A stretch of 52,689 nucleotides of DNA, the filler included, from Bipalium vagum (lineage: Eukaryota), in NCBI GenBank assembly GCA_037834085.1. It is 3 parts of 3 records of this genome, joined end to end, with 100 filler letters (N's around TTAATTAATTAA, not from the genome) between each part and the next. Parts side by side here need not be neighbours in the genome. Positions count along the whole stretch, not along the records: positions 1 to 17,496 come from JBBMKC010063060.1; positions 17,597 to 35,001 come from JBBMKC010066836.1; 1 more part is not named here. The stretch is one strand, 5' to 3'. The notes beneath the pieces were generated by a model. That model was not told where the DNA came from, made no database searches, and saw only the letters and a program-made list of their open reading frames with translations. The translations under genes were made by a program, and so were the position numbers. This document shows, piece by piece, positions 10,626 through 23,777 of this stretch (position 1 is the first letter of the stretch; every line of letters begins with the position of its first letter).

Positions 10626-13600
10626 ATGCCAGTTGCAATTTTGTCCAAAGAAAAAACAGTTTGTTATTGTTGTTTTATAAATTTTAATAATTTTTCATCA
10701 CAATTAGTGGTCAAAAATGTTCCCCACGGTTTTCAAAACCGACCAGCAAAGTCTTGTATTCATGAAAAAGTTGTTTGCGGTAGCCATTTCCAACATTTTG
10801 CACTTGAGATCGATCTTTCCTGAACACGCGTTCTTCGACAAACAGCTAGAAGGCAGGAAGAAATCTTTTTCTAGATTTTAAAATGGAATACTATTGAAAG
10901 TGTTTGTAATTTGCAGGTATTAAGTTGAAAATCTTGCGGGAGGACAGTAAATGCCCCGGAGCTACGAAGGTCATTAATTGGGTCCGAGGATGTTTCGATG
11001 CATTGGATAGACATTATGTAATGATTTTTTTAATTCTGATCTTGAAGTTTTAATAAATATAAAATATGTTATAGCTGAAGACGGTGATTGTTGGATTCTA
11101 CACCGATGCTGAAGACCCCGACGTAATATTTGTTAAATCGATTATAATTGACGTGAGAATCAGAGAAATTTTAAAAAATCTTATATTTTTCAGACTGTTA
11201 TCGAGTCGTATTCCTTCAAGTTCACCTACGCTTCCAATGCCGCATTATCAATATCGATTGACGCAGGACGGCGGAAAAAACCAGAGTAAATAATTTTAAG
11301 CTGATTATCTTGTCTTTCTTATACACACACTCACAAATTTAGACCGGATATAGAGGCAATCATTAAAAACGACGACGACGCTGCAGCTGCTCCCGAGAAG
11401 ATAAAAAAGGCTACACTGAGCCTACTGAGAACGATGATTCTTGCTGGGAACACTCAGGAACCTTTGCCGAACAAGGTCATTGTCACTATGAAACTGCTTT
11501 ATTATGACGAAGGTTTCCTTTTGCTTATCTTCCAAAATATCATTTTAACATGACATAATTTATCGTAAAGTGACACCAGAGGACTACGAACCCAACGGAT
11601 TTAAGACGTGCGATCATGCGGGGTTCCGACACGAAACGGAAACAATCAATGCCAAATTGGGATACGTCGAAACTGTGAGTCAATATTGATTTCATTCTAT
11701 TTATTTATTAATTAATTTGTTTATTGATAGATTTATTCATTAAAATATTATTTGATTTATTTTAAAATTAATTTATTTTCAGGATTTCCACAGGTATCAT
11801 TAATTTATTAGTTCCGATTTTTTTTATTGTTTCATTTTTTTTATTCTTCTCTGGCTTTCTCTACCTACATGAATATCGATGGACAGTTTTCGGATGATTC
11901 TTAGAACAGACAAAGCTTCGTTCACGGAAAATTACTCCAAAAATTTAATGAACAATGATGATGTTGTCATAGGAGGGGAGGACGGAAAAAATAGCAATGA
12001 CAATAATCAGAATGATAATAATAATACTATGATCTCAGGAAAAGGAACACACCAAACTGAGAAAAGCATTTCCAGGACCGATGAAGATCATGAAATTGGC
12101 GAAGAGGTGGTCGAAACGGAAGAGGAGTTCGTGGTCAAATGTCCATGTGGAGGGAACAAAGTCAGATGACAGATAGATTATATTGATTCTCTTTCCGAAT
12201 TTTTTAAAATTCATAATCAATCAATATAATTATAGGACGACGGAATCATGATAATGTGCGAACATTGCAAAAATTGGCAACATTCTGTCTGCTTTGGCAT
12301 TCTCAGTGAGAAGGAAGTTCCCACTGTCCACGTCTGCGATGTTTGCTCCGACTCGGTTCGCATAGATTATTATATATTTATTATTATTATTGATTACCAT
12401 TAAATGATCAAAAAATATTTTTGAAGTGTTTAATTTTCTTCACTGCTCTTCAAATCAATTTCTACACTATTTTTCGTTAATTGTCAGATGTACACTGTAC
12501 AAAAAAGACAAAAATACTCTATACCGGCGAAATCGTTAATGAGAATCACATGAAACGCAAAGTAAAACTGTCTAATTGGCTCCGCGTTATCCACTTATTT
12601 TAGGTGCTCCACAAGCTTAGTATTACAAATTGATACCTGTGATTTTTTTATGGTGGTGCAGGAAAAAGCATCTTATCCACTTAGAAGCAGAAGGCGAAAG
12701 AAATTCTTTGGGCCAAAACTTTAGCTCTGAGAGAAAGAATTGTTTTTTAAATTTCAATTTAGTGGAAATGTGTTTATTATTATAAATATTGATTTCTTTC
12801 CTATTCTTAAAGATTTTTATTATTGATTAGATTTATTTTGATCGAAATTTCAGAACGCTCAGTGCAATCCGACGGACTTGAATTTGAAAAACCTCAGTCT
12901 GGAAGACCGCCAAGTGATTTATTTTTCATTGATCCTTTTTCAATCGACATGATCAAATAATCGATAATTTATTTTATTGTTACACTTATTATTACTTTCA
13001 TATTAATCAATAAAGGAGCTTTGTCTGATACGTCGCGCTCTGATCAATTGTCGATCGTACGATGTTATTGAGCCAGGACAGCTATCGGACATTTTGGGTG
13101 TTGAGACTGGTGTTGGAGAAGGCGTGTTCCACTCTCTCCAAAAACAAGGAGTCCTGATCAATCACAAACGCAGGACCAAAAACAAAGGGTATAGATTAAA
13201 ATAAATCACATTTTATGTGTTATTATACTGATTCAGTTTTTCTAAGTTGATCAACAAAACTTTGCTGGAGACGATGTTGGAAAAGAATTTCTCCAAAGAA
13301 GTATTTTTCTTTTATTCGTTGATTTTGTTTCAGCTTCTCTTTTTTTTTTCTTTAGACAAAGTCAGTCAAAAATAATGTTGCAGAAAAATCGACAACTTTA
13401 AAAAGGAAACAAAAAGTAAATATTTTTAATTTCTTAGTTTTTCACTTTTTCTTAAATTTTCAATGCAAAATAATAACAAAAATTACGAAATATTCTCAAA
13501 AATGAGTTAAGGTGGATCAATATGTTTTATTTAATTTTTTAAATTTGATATTGTCGTTTGTTTCCTTCTTTGTGTATTATCTTATCACTTATTTGAAAAA

Positions 13601-13796
13601 AAAAGAGGAATTGTAAAAGGCTGAGATGTCTTTTAATTTCATATTTTTCGTTTTTCATTATTGATTATCAATATGGATACAGGGACCAGACTTATCTTTC
13701 TTGAATGCATCCCAAGATTCGTTAATCGAGCAACTGCCACCGAAAAGAAAACGGGGATGCGTAGTTCGAACGCCTATCGTCGCCTCAAGATGCTAG
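10626..13796 (+). CDS. HORMAD: meiotic HORMA-domain protein (HORMAD/Hop1) with PHD finger, winged helix and C-terminal closure-like motif; 15 exons, 522 aa
   Basis: Exons 10626-10658, 10708-10852, 10917-11017, 11075-11122, 11194-11285, 11343-11512, 11571-11674, 11783-11793, 11887-12160, 12236-12355, 12854-12913, 13016-13188, 13237-13300, 13356-13415 and 13683-13796 splice in frame. Motifs: QSLVFMKKLFAVAISNILHLRSIFPE, KILREDSKCPG...WVRGCFDAL, MKLLYYDEVTPEDYEPNGFK, and PHD CPCG..DDGIMIMCEHCKNWQHSVC...HVCDVC. Confidence 0.95.
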
Positions 13797-14289
13797 TTGG
13801 TTTTTGTTTGTCTTTTATGACTTTGGTCTTGTTATTTCGTTAAATTTTTTATTTACTTTATCTCAAATAAACCATAGTTTTTTCTATTTTCGATGTGATA
13901 CAATCAAAAACAGTATCGGAACAATAAATGAAAATTTCTTCCAAAACTAAAGCAATACACATTATAAAGATTTGTGTAAGTGTAAGACTGATATAAGATA
14001 CTAATAGTTTGAGATGGACTACTGAGATAAATCATACATAATGTTGAATCATATTTTTGAATGAGGAAATGAAATAAATTTTCTATTAGTTAAACTTTCT
14101 ATCGGAAAAAATAAAAGATAAAAAGGATAGCAAAATTTAAAATTCTTCAACCAAAGCTTGAAAATAAAAATAAAAACATTAAAAAATATCAATAGTGTAA
14201 AAATTAATAATTATTTTGGTCTAAAATTTCTCATTTCGGTAAAGAAAAAACGGAATTATTCGTTAACTCAGTGAAAATTGATTCTTTTG

Positions 14290-15160
14290 AAAGAATCAGA
14301 TAAACCTTCATGTTTTAATGATTAACTTTTTCAGTTAACGTGACGTCAATCTATCTCGACACATGATAAACGCTTAACGAAAGTCAGCATGACATTTTTA
14401 CACATCTGGAGAGATTTGAACACATTCTTCTGACATAATTGCTTTCATGTTCCTATAAGAAAAAGTCAAGAGGACAAATCTGGCGAACGCGACTGCCATG
14501 AAATACATCTCATACGACCAATCCAATGAAAGTGAAATTTCTTATCTAAAACATTTCTGACTACTTTGGCGTAATGGGCTAGTTAATCGAATGACGTTTT
14601 AAGAAATGGGACCACATTGTTGCTGAGCATGGTGACTAATAAATGGATCCATTAACATTTTCTTCAAAGCAAAATGACCCCAGAAGACCATGCATTTCTA
14701 GGCCTACAAGATGTTCACTTTATTAAGGATAGCCTCCGGTTTTGCAAGTCCAAATTCGGTAACTGTGTCGGTTTCCTGACCATTTACGTGAAACGTAGAA
14801 TCATTTGACGTTACCAAATTTCGAGAAAATTGTTAAATTTGTCATTCACCTCTAGTATGTCTTTGCAACACTCTGCTCTGCTTAAAAAATACTTCTCCTA
14901 CAACATCTGGTGATATTGTAGTTTGTAAGGATAAAGACCAATGTCATCTCGCATCACTTTGTGAACAAAGGTATGAGGTGCTCCAACAACTGCAGCAATT
15001 ATACGGGTAGATTGTAATGGGTTCGAGTCCACTTCCTTTTAAATGGCACATATTATCTCATTTTTAAGGAAGGGCGTCCTTATTGGGATTTATCTTTTAC
15101 AGAACCCATCTCCAAAAATTTATTATAATTTTTTATAGGGGTCAGTAGTGTCTAAATGAA
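14290..15160 (-). mobile_element. Tc1-like transposase relic
   Basis: Minus strand gives degenerate FEENVNGSIY, NDSTFHVNG and SRSPDL..LFL.G motifs. Confidence 0.65.
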
Positions 15161-15164
15161 AGAT

Positions 15165-16555
15165 TGCAACCCAACATCAAAAAATTTGCTTTTTTAAAAT
15201 TTTTGAAAATTCTTTTTTAATTTTTGCTTTCTTTTAATTTTTCAATTTTTTGATTTCGAAAAATGAATATTAAATAAATCAAATTTGGTCTTGATTTCTT
15301 AAAAATAATTTTATGAAATTTTTTTAATACCACAACACTCAACACTCAAGAAATTTGCTGTTTTTTACAATTTTTTTCAATTTTAAAGTTTTACAAATAT
15401 TGAATAAACCAAATTTGTTTTTGATTTTTAAAAATTTTATGAATACCAAATATCAATTTCCGAATATCAAATAAAAAAATAAATAAATAATTAAATAATA
15501 AGTAAAATAAATAAATAAATAAAACTAAAAAATAAGTTAAAAAATAACTAAAAAAATATAAAGTCAATTTTTTTCTTAAAAAATGGAAAACGATAATAGT
15601 TTTTATTTTAAAAAAATGATTGAAAAATGGTATTGTGAAATTTGTGAAAAAAATATTTCTATAAAAAATAATTCATCATAAAAATGCGAAAATGCATAAA
15701 AAATAAACAACTATTTCAACGAAAAAACAACGAAATATTAACGAATAAAAATATGAATGAAAATATACGATTAAAACTTCCAGATTTCTTAAAAGATGAC
15801 ATTGAATCATCAATTAAAAATGATAAATCTTTGAATAAACTTACAACAAGAAAATATCTAGCGAATGATATTTAAATCTTTAAATCATTTTAATAAAACA
15901 AATCCGGGCTTTCATTTTCTTGCCTTGGCTTACATAGTAATAAAAGATTAGAAAAGATCATTTCAATGAAACTGGAAATCTAGATATACCTCCAATTCCA
16001 AAAGCTGATTCAATTCCAATAAATAGAGTTGATAAAGCTGCAATGAAATATGATGTAAAATATATTTCAAAAGATTTAAAAGATTGACATGTTGCTGATA
16101 TTAAAATGATACATGAAATGAATAATATTCAAAATTCAACTCCAAGAGAGAAACTTGATAGAGCTTTAGTAAACTTAATTATGAAAGGTAAAGTTTTATT
16201 TGGTGCTGTTTTGCCGCTAGCAACTTCGTTGCGCCAAGGTTTACCAAGAACATCTAAAACAGTTGCTAATGGGAAACTATTTGATGGCAAAGAAGAATTA
16301 AAACCAGAAAAATAAACATCATAAAGAATTTACAAAACCTAAACAGTAACTTAAAGTTAAAATTTTTAATAAAGATGATATTTAGTCAGCAAACCAAAAT
16401 TAATGTGTCAAATTAATCATCAACGAAAAATCAATAAACAATGAAAAAATTTAGAAATACAAAAAAATTGAAATTAAAAAAAAGTGATAGTAGTGGAAAA
16501 ATGTTCGATATCCGGTATTCGATATTGTGGTATTATTCTCATTATTTTTTTGAAT
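15165..16555 (+). mobile_element. Polinton/adintovirus-like deletion derivative: Zn-finger ORF relic, PLA2 module, start of integrase
   Basis: WYCEICEK at 15628; PINRVDKAAMKYDVKY...HVADIKMI (parvovirus-type PLA2 pattern); HKEFTKP..LKVKIFNKDDI*SA (integrase N-terminus). Inverted homolog at 36780-37826. Confidence 0.75.
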
Positions 16556-17175
16556 TTGCTAAAATATAATTAAAATTATTTTTACGTCTCCATTCGTTTA
16601 ATTACATAATGATTGATTTATTTCTTAATTTTTTCATAAATATTATTAAATGGAAATATACCTTAAAAAAAGAAAAAAAAGTAAACATTCACAGACTAAT
16701 AATGTATTATATTTTGAAAATTAAATTTTAGGATTAGGGACAGTTTACGGTTGTTATCTTTTATTAAAATTTAAATCAATTGAAATGTAAAGTATTGATA
16801 AAAATGATAAATGTGATCATTGCCTAACTGAAATTTTAAAATATGCAGATTTGGTCATTTTATCACTACGTTCATCTCATTTTATCAATTGATGTAAATC
16901 AAAGAATTCTTAAAGAATCGAAAAATCTTGTGTTCTTATTATTAGAAATTATATTTTTATATTTTGAAACTTTTTCATTAAAAACAAATGGAAATCTATT
17001 ATGGGAATAAAAATTTATATTACATTTATTATGAGAAGCCCCCTAATATATAATGTAAATTCATCATGAAACTAGAAGTCTTTTAGTTCCTGTGCTATTT
17101 TTCGTAATTATTTTTATATTAAAAAATTGAAAATAAAATAAATTAAAAATGGTATTTTGTTTCTAAAATAACTTT

Positions 17176-17496
17176 TGCTGGGTTTACCAAGACACCCCCC
17201 CCCGAGGGAAAAATAAATAATAAAAACTATAAATAAGGTATAAATACTAATAATGATAATAATAATAATATTAATAATTAAAAATAATTAATACTCGAAA
17301 GTAATTGAAAAATTCCCAGGAATTTTATTTTGAAAATATTTTAAAAAATAAGATAATCCTAGAAAAATAATTTGTATTTTTAAAAAGCCTGAAAGAGGTA
17401 TTTTAATACAGAATAAGGATTATAATAAAATAATTTTCAGGGAATTCTTAGGGAGTTTTGGAATTTTGATAACACTTTTAGAATTTCAAGAATAAT
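17176..17496 (+). repeat. LTR-like repeat copy truncated by the contig end
   Basis: Starts tgctgggtttaccaag and continues into the same AAT-rich tract as the copies at 604(-) and 28609. Confidence 0.5.
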
Positions 17497-17596
17497 NNNN
17501 NNNNNNNNNNNNNNNNNNNNNNNNNNNNNNNNNNNNNNNNTTAATTAATTAANNNNNNNNNNNNNNNNNNNNNNNNNNNNNNNNNNNNNNNNNNNN
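17497..17596. other. artificial contig linker N44-TTAATTAATTAA-N44
   Basis: Exactly 100 bp with a six-frame-stop core; identical to 35002-35101. Confidence 0.97.
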
Positions 17597-18434
17597 TCCA
17601 ACTAAAGAATAAATAAAACAGAAAGAGGGTTTTCAAGGTAATGCACAGATATATCACAATTGTTAAAAAGGTTTTTATACACAATTACAAAGTTTTATAA
17701 TGAGCTTCTTTGGTTGTGTGAATTGGTTGATGTTGTGCTGGGTGGCTTTGTTGTTGGTCCTGGTATTGGTCCTCGTAGTCTCCACATAATTATTAAAACT
17801 CATGTATGGGATCCTCGAAATCAACACTTGGTTTTTAACCTGCTAATGTTTCCCTTAAAAACCAAAATAATTTTTAAGAGGATAAATAGGTTTCGTTGGT
17901 CAAATTGTTAAATTATCACGAGAGTCTAAATCTAAAAACTTGACAGGAAATGTTACAAAATGTAAGACTAGATGTCTTTTCGATCCTATTGAGTTTTTAA
18001 CACTTAATAAACGACAGAAACTTGTTTGAATACCTAATAAAAATGCTAATAAAAATAATTTTCAATTTAAATAGTTCTCAAAATAATAGTAAAGATATCA
18101 GTTATTTACGAGAACTAGAAATATTTTAGTGAAATCGAGATCTGAAATACTTAATGAATTTATGTTCTATATTGAAATTAATCATGAGTCGAAGTAACTA
18201 CCTGTATAATTCTCTAAAGGTAGACTAAAATCCTAAAGATCTAGTAGAAACAAGGTAAAACGGAGTTTTTAAAATTATATTAGTAGAAAAATTAAATTAT
18301 TTACCCGTATTTTAATACATGTGGGCAATTTTTACCAACCAGTTGGATGCCACGTTCCATGTATGATTAATTTATTATACTTAAATTATATTTAAAGATT
18401 TTAAACTGACTAATATTTGTTAAATATTTTTCAA

Positions 18435-20787
18435 ATGAACTTCATACTTTTGTATTTCATATATATGTTAATAATAACTTCATACGAAATTAATACAAAG
18501 GATTATCAAAGGACACAGGAAAATCTTAAAGATGGAAATCGACAAAATGAACCTGATATATCAACTTCACATAGCCATTATGATGAATTTGGCCATCATG
18601 ATAAATCTTTTGATCATGATTCTATCACTGGGTCACATGAAGAAAGTGAAGAATTTAAAGATTTGGATCCTGAAGAGGCTAAGAGAAGATTAGTGGTACT
18701 TGTAGATAAAATTGATAAAAACAGCGATTCGAAAATTAGTAAGACTGAATTATTCAATTGGATCATGGCGTCATTTAAGTTAGATTAAATATTTTTTAAA
18801 TTAAATAATAAAGGGTTAACCACAAGTTTTTTTATTTTAATAATCCTCCAAAATTTTAAACCTATTACTTTTTAAAATTAATTAATCAGAATTGAAAAAT
18901 TTTATTTTCAACAGATTGTTTCAGGAAAAATATTAGTTTTAATAAATATTTTTTTAAAAAATCATACAAAGTATACATCAAAACAATCTAGGTCTAATTA
19001 AATTACGAATATTATAATAATCAAAAAATATGTAATTTGTATTTATCAGTTTTTATACGAAAAAGTACTATTATGTTAAATAAAAAATTTTTATTAAAAA
19101 TTCATTTAAACAATATATGAACTGTTAATTAATAAATTGAATTTTTTTTGCATTAATTTACAAATTTTCAGTAATAAAAATATTTATTTTTGAAAATAAT
19201 TTTTTTATAAAATAAATTCAATTTTCAATGTGTATATTAGTAATACATAATTTTAGAATATTTTCTTTAGATATTTGTAATAATCTCAGAATAATTTCAA
19301 CTTCTTAGAACTGCTTCAACCTTTGAAAAAATATTAACTGTTTTCCTTAGTTTTTAATAATTTAATTAACATTTTAAAAATATTTGATCAAAGTAACAAA
19401 AATTAAGAAAATCATTTAATTTAAAAATTTCTTATTTGATATTGGGTTGAAAATAAATCCTTTTGGGTTTTATATATATATATTTGATTAATGACCTTAT
19501 GCTGTCTTAATAACAATTTCATTAGTCTCCGATCATAGAACTCACTGGATTTTCTTTTTAAAAATGAGTCAAGGTGCGTTTCAAGTGATTCAAAATCACG
19601 AAAGATTTTCTGTTCAAGGAATTTTACATAAATATAGATATAGGGTACTTTGTAGAAGTCAAATCTGGTGAATTAGGCAAAACATCTCACCCAAACCACA
19701 TTAATCTGTTTCGGATGGCGAAAGACTTTTTTGTTAAAATATTGTCGTACTGAAAAGACATGTACTGGTGATTTGACATTTTTGGATGCAGATTGTCTAG
19801 CAAGTAGTGTACATCCGAATTGATCGTTGTACTAGGTGATAGCAGCAGTAGATGACATCTCTGAAATCCTACAATATTGAAAGTATTTATCTTATGAGCT
19901 GCAATCATATCTTTGTTTTTGTTTGTTGTAGATCATTTTTATGACACAAATTTCTTGCGCACCACGTTGTTATAAAGAATCGATTTTTCATCAACTATCC
20001 AATTGTTTTAGAAACTGGCTATCAGTGAATCGCCAATTGAAATACGTACTGTTAGGTCGATTTCTTAGTTTTTTATGCATCTACACATTAATGGGAGATC
20101 ACTAATCATTATTTTATGAAAACAATTTTCCACAGATGTGTGCCATATCCTTAGTCTCTGAGCAACCTCTCTAACCGTTTGGGATGGGCTTTCATCGATT
20201 ATTGTTTTAAAGCTCTTTACTTAATTTCATTAGGACAACCGGATATGTCAAATTACTTTACATTAAAGTCTCTAATACGAAATTTTAAAAAAGATCTCTG
20301 GAACACACGATCAGTTCATACATCATCCAAATATATATGATATATTTTTATAATAATCAAGTCGTTTACCCTTCTTAAAGTATTACAAACAAATATATCT
20401 GAAAAGAGAATAAACATCTTCCTTATTGATTTATTTAAATATGCGTTAAAAATAGAATTCTTAAAATTAGAACGGACTTATTTGCCAACTATATATATAT
20501 ATTCTTAATGCTGAATGCACGAATAATTTATATTTTACCGTAAGCAAGTTTGAGTTATTCTAGGCATATATATTTTGATATTCAAATATATATATTTCAA
20601 TGTTTTTTAATGTAAAATTAGAAATTTGGATATTGAAAACTCAAGTTCAAAGCTTCAAGATGTAGATGATAACAGCGATAAATTAGTTTCTTGGAACGAA
20701 TATTTGACAAAAACCTATAACCATAATGAAAATGAAATAAATGAGATTTCGAAAACTAAAAGTAAAGATATGAAATCTTTTTATGAC
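18435..20787 (+). CDS. calumenin/reticulocalbin (CREC family) EF-hand protein, first two exons only (18435-18778, 20622-20787)
   Basis: Signal peptide; HDKSFDHDSITG..ESEEFKDLDPEEAKRRLVVLVDKIDKNSDSKISKTELFNWI; second EF hand DVDDNSDKLVSWNEY. Phase-2 intron; ends at donor GTAAG. Confidence 0.9.
19441..20490 (-). mobile_element. degenerate mariner element in CREC intron 1
   Basis: Imperfect TIRs ttgggttgaaaataaatcc / ggacttatttgccaac. Minus-strand remnants include FNVK..ISGCPNE and NSPDLTSTK. Confidence 0.8.
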
Positions 20788-20934
20788 GTAAGAATTTTGA
20801 TTTGCATTTTTTATCTTTAAATAACATTAATCATAAATTTTTATTAAATTAAAGTGAAGTTAAATTTCGATTTTTAAATTACCAAAGTCGACCAATTATC
20901 TAATTCTGCTACTTTTAAGGCTTGTAATATTAGA

Positions 20935-23735
20935 TGTATTCGAGTAATGCCTCATAAAACGCCGTCTGTTAAATTAATATCCTTGAATAACGAACCGTTC
21001 TGGAGAGTATGATTTGATATGTAATTTATTCAATACTTTACGAATTGTTTTTTATCAATTAACAAAAATTCTATTAATCTTTTAGTTTTAAATTCTATTA
21101 ATTTTGACTATTTCTTTGTTCAATAGATGATCTACTAATATTTCTTCGATATCTTGAATATTAAAATCATCGAATTCTTTCTCACCAATTCTATGAAAAA
21201 TGTTATTAGTCTTTTGGTATTTGTCTTCTAATGGACTCTCTCCCCACAGCTTTTCTAGCAAGCATTTAAAGTTGATTTTTAAATTTTTTTAACAGATGCA
21301 GAAACTATATCGATGTAATTTCGAATATTAAATTTACCCCAAACTTTTGAAACTGTTAAATTTTCATTATGATCGATATCAATTAAAATTCTTTCAAATG
21401 TTCGGCAAGTATACACTTTAAATATTGAAATTATTCCTTGGTACAAATGCTGTATTATACGTAGTGCTTGGTAGTAAAAATAATATTTCCACATTGAATA
21501 TTCTATAATTGAGTGGATGTCCTAGTGCATTGTCCAGCATCAACAGAATTTTGAAATCAAGATTCTTCTTTCTCATATAGGGTTTTGCATCAGGTATAAA
21601 ACATTTGTGAAACAATTCTTTAAAAACAATGGATGAGATTCAAGCCTTTGTATTTGCTCTCTAATAAGCAGATAAATTTGTTTTTTCAAATCCTTTCAGT
21701 GCTAGACGGTTTAAAGACCTATTAATAAGCAAAGGCTTCATCATCAAATCTCCAGAAGAATTATTGGGTTGATTCATAAGTTCGTCGTTTTTCCTATATA
21801 AACTCTAAAAGCAAATTTTAAATATATTATTAGTTTAATTATTAACAAGTTGCGCACCATTTCAAAACTGAGAAAGACATGCATAAGATAGTTTTAATTA
21901 TATTATTAATACGTTATATGTAGCTTATGTATATATATTTATTCAGAAAAAATGCATGGATAAATTAGCAATAAATATACTTCTGAAACATTACTGGAAG
22001 CAGAATTCCAGAGCCTTAGATGCTGCCAAGAAAATATGTGAAGTTAAAGGCGAAAAATCAGTGTCCATAAGAACTTTTCAAAAGTGATTCAAATAATTCA
22101 ACAAGGGTGACATGGACCTCAATGATTATCCTGACAAGGACGTCCACTGTAGATTCGGAAGCTATTCTCAAAGCCGTAGAAACGAATCCATCAAATAGTA
22201 CGCGTATATTGTCGGCTGAGACCAGAACATCACAACCATGCGTGGTTCGTCATGTACATCAACATAACAAGCGATACAAGCGCGCTTTTGAAGTACCGTA
22301 TGATTTGACACCGTCAAGCTGAACGCCGTTTGTCGATCTGTCGTCAATTATTAAATAATCCAAATGATGAACGCTTTATACGTCGCATGTGCGACGAAAA
22401 ATGGATATATTTTTATAATCCAAACAGGAGAAATCAATGGTTGCAACCAGGCCATAAGCCCAAGGCTGTTCCAAAACAAGAGAGGGTTCGGAAAAAAAAA
22501 TCATGTTGTGCGAGTGGTGGAACTTTGAGGGGATTATACACTTTGAAGTACTTCCAGATGGCCAAACTATTACTGCTGAGTTATATTCTGCTCAACTCGA
22601 TCGGATGTACCAACAATTATTCATAAAATATCCTGCTTTAGTCAACAGAAAGCGGGTGCTTATGTAACAGGATAATGTTCGTCCGCATACTGCGCGAGTA
22701 AAGCAAAATAAAATTACCTAGTTAGAAGGAATTGAAATTTTACCACATGCTGTTTTCAGTCTAGATCCAGTACCCTGTGATTACCACCCTTACCGATCAA
22801 AAGCTCATTTCCTTAGAGGACCACAGTATTAAGAATATAGAACAGGTTGAAAATGGATGTCGTGAATTTTTCATTTCCAAAGATAAAGCATGGTACCGGA
22901 GTGACATATAACAACTTGCCCATCGCTGGATTAAGACAGTTAACATAATGGTCTTTATTTTTTTGAATAAAATTTGTTGATTGCTAGATTCTTATCTCTA
23001 AACATGCATACTATTTTCATTAAAAACGCACAAACTTATGAATCAACCAAATAGAGCATATTCTTTCTTTCGCCACCTTGAATCCATTTGCATGTTTTTC
23101 ATTTTTTGATATATAAGTTCGATGTAGCACCTTTTCCCAACATAATTCAGTTTCATCTGCATTGAATACCAGTTCTGGTGTGTAAAACAACAAAATCTGA
23201 AGTAAATCTTTGGGCAGATTCAGTATCAGCCAATAAAATTTCTTTCCGAATTTTTATATTACGCAATGAGAATTTTTTAAAAAAGTCGCAATTTGATTGT
23301 TTTTTTCTGAAGATTGTTCAAGTCTCTTTAAATTATCATAAATTTTCAGTGCTCTATATGGAATAATGTATCTATGTATGTCTGTTTTTGGCGTTGTAAT
23401 CTTGTAGCCATGTCATTAGAGCCCTTTCTATCATCTCAATGATTACTGTGCATGTTCGATGAGTATTTTTCTTCCTGTTGGACAATCCCGTCGAACTTAC
23501 GGATCTAAATTTATTTTCATTTTTTTTGAATTGTTCTAACTTTTGCCTTATTCAACATTAATTTTTTTTCAATAGAGGATTGTATCTCTCTTTTTTGAAG
23601 GAGTTTAGAATATTAATCTTTTTATTAATGGAAATAAAATTCCTCTTTTGAATTTTATCCTTAAAGTTCGATTTATAAACAGTGTTATATCAAAACAGTG
23701 TTCTATAAAACCGTGTTATACGAGGTCGAAGTGTA
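20935..23735 (-). mobile_element. Tigger/pogo transposon, interrupted by a mariner
   Basis: KILLMLDNALGHP...VEILFLLP and QVFNADETEL.W motifs. Removing 21764-23051 plus one TA restores ICSNSSGDLMMKPLLI. Terminus ccgtgttatacgaggtc at ~23711-23728. Confidence 0.85.
21764..23051 (+). mobile_element. full-length degenerate mariner nested in the Tigger
   Basis: TIRs ttgggttgattcataagtt / aacttatgaatcaaccaaa with TA target duplication. Motifs: EVPYDLT, CDEKWIYF, QDNVRPH, SLDPVPCDYH. Confidence 0.93.
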
Positions 23736-23777
23736 ATAATAGTGATATGTACCTAAAATTTACATTTCCCCAAAATA

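Noticed and set aside
13661-13843. 60-aa ORF with a hydrophobic end
   Set aside because: Wrong-frame overlap with the last HORMAD exon (13683-13796).
17541-17552. Palindrome TTAATTAATTAA (also at 35046-35057)
   Set aside because: Centred in exact N44 runs; a synthetic stop linker.
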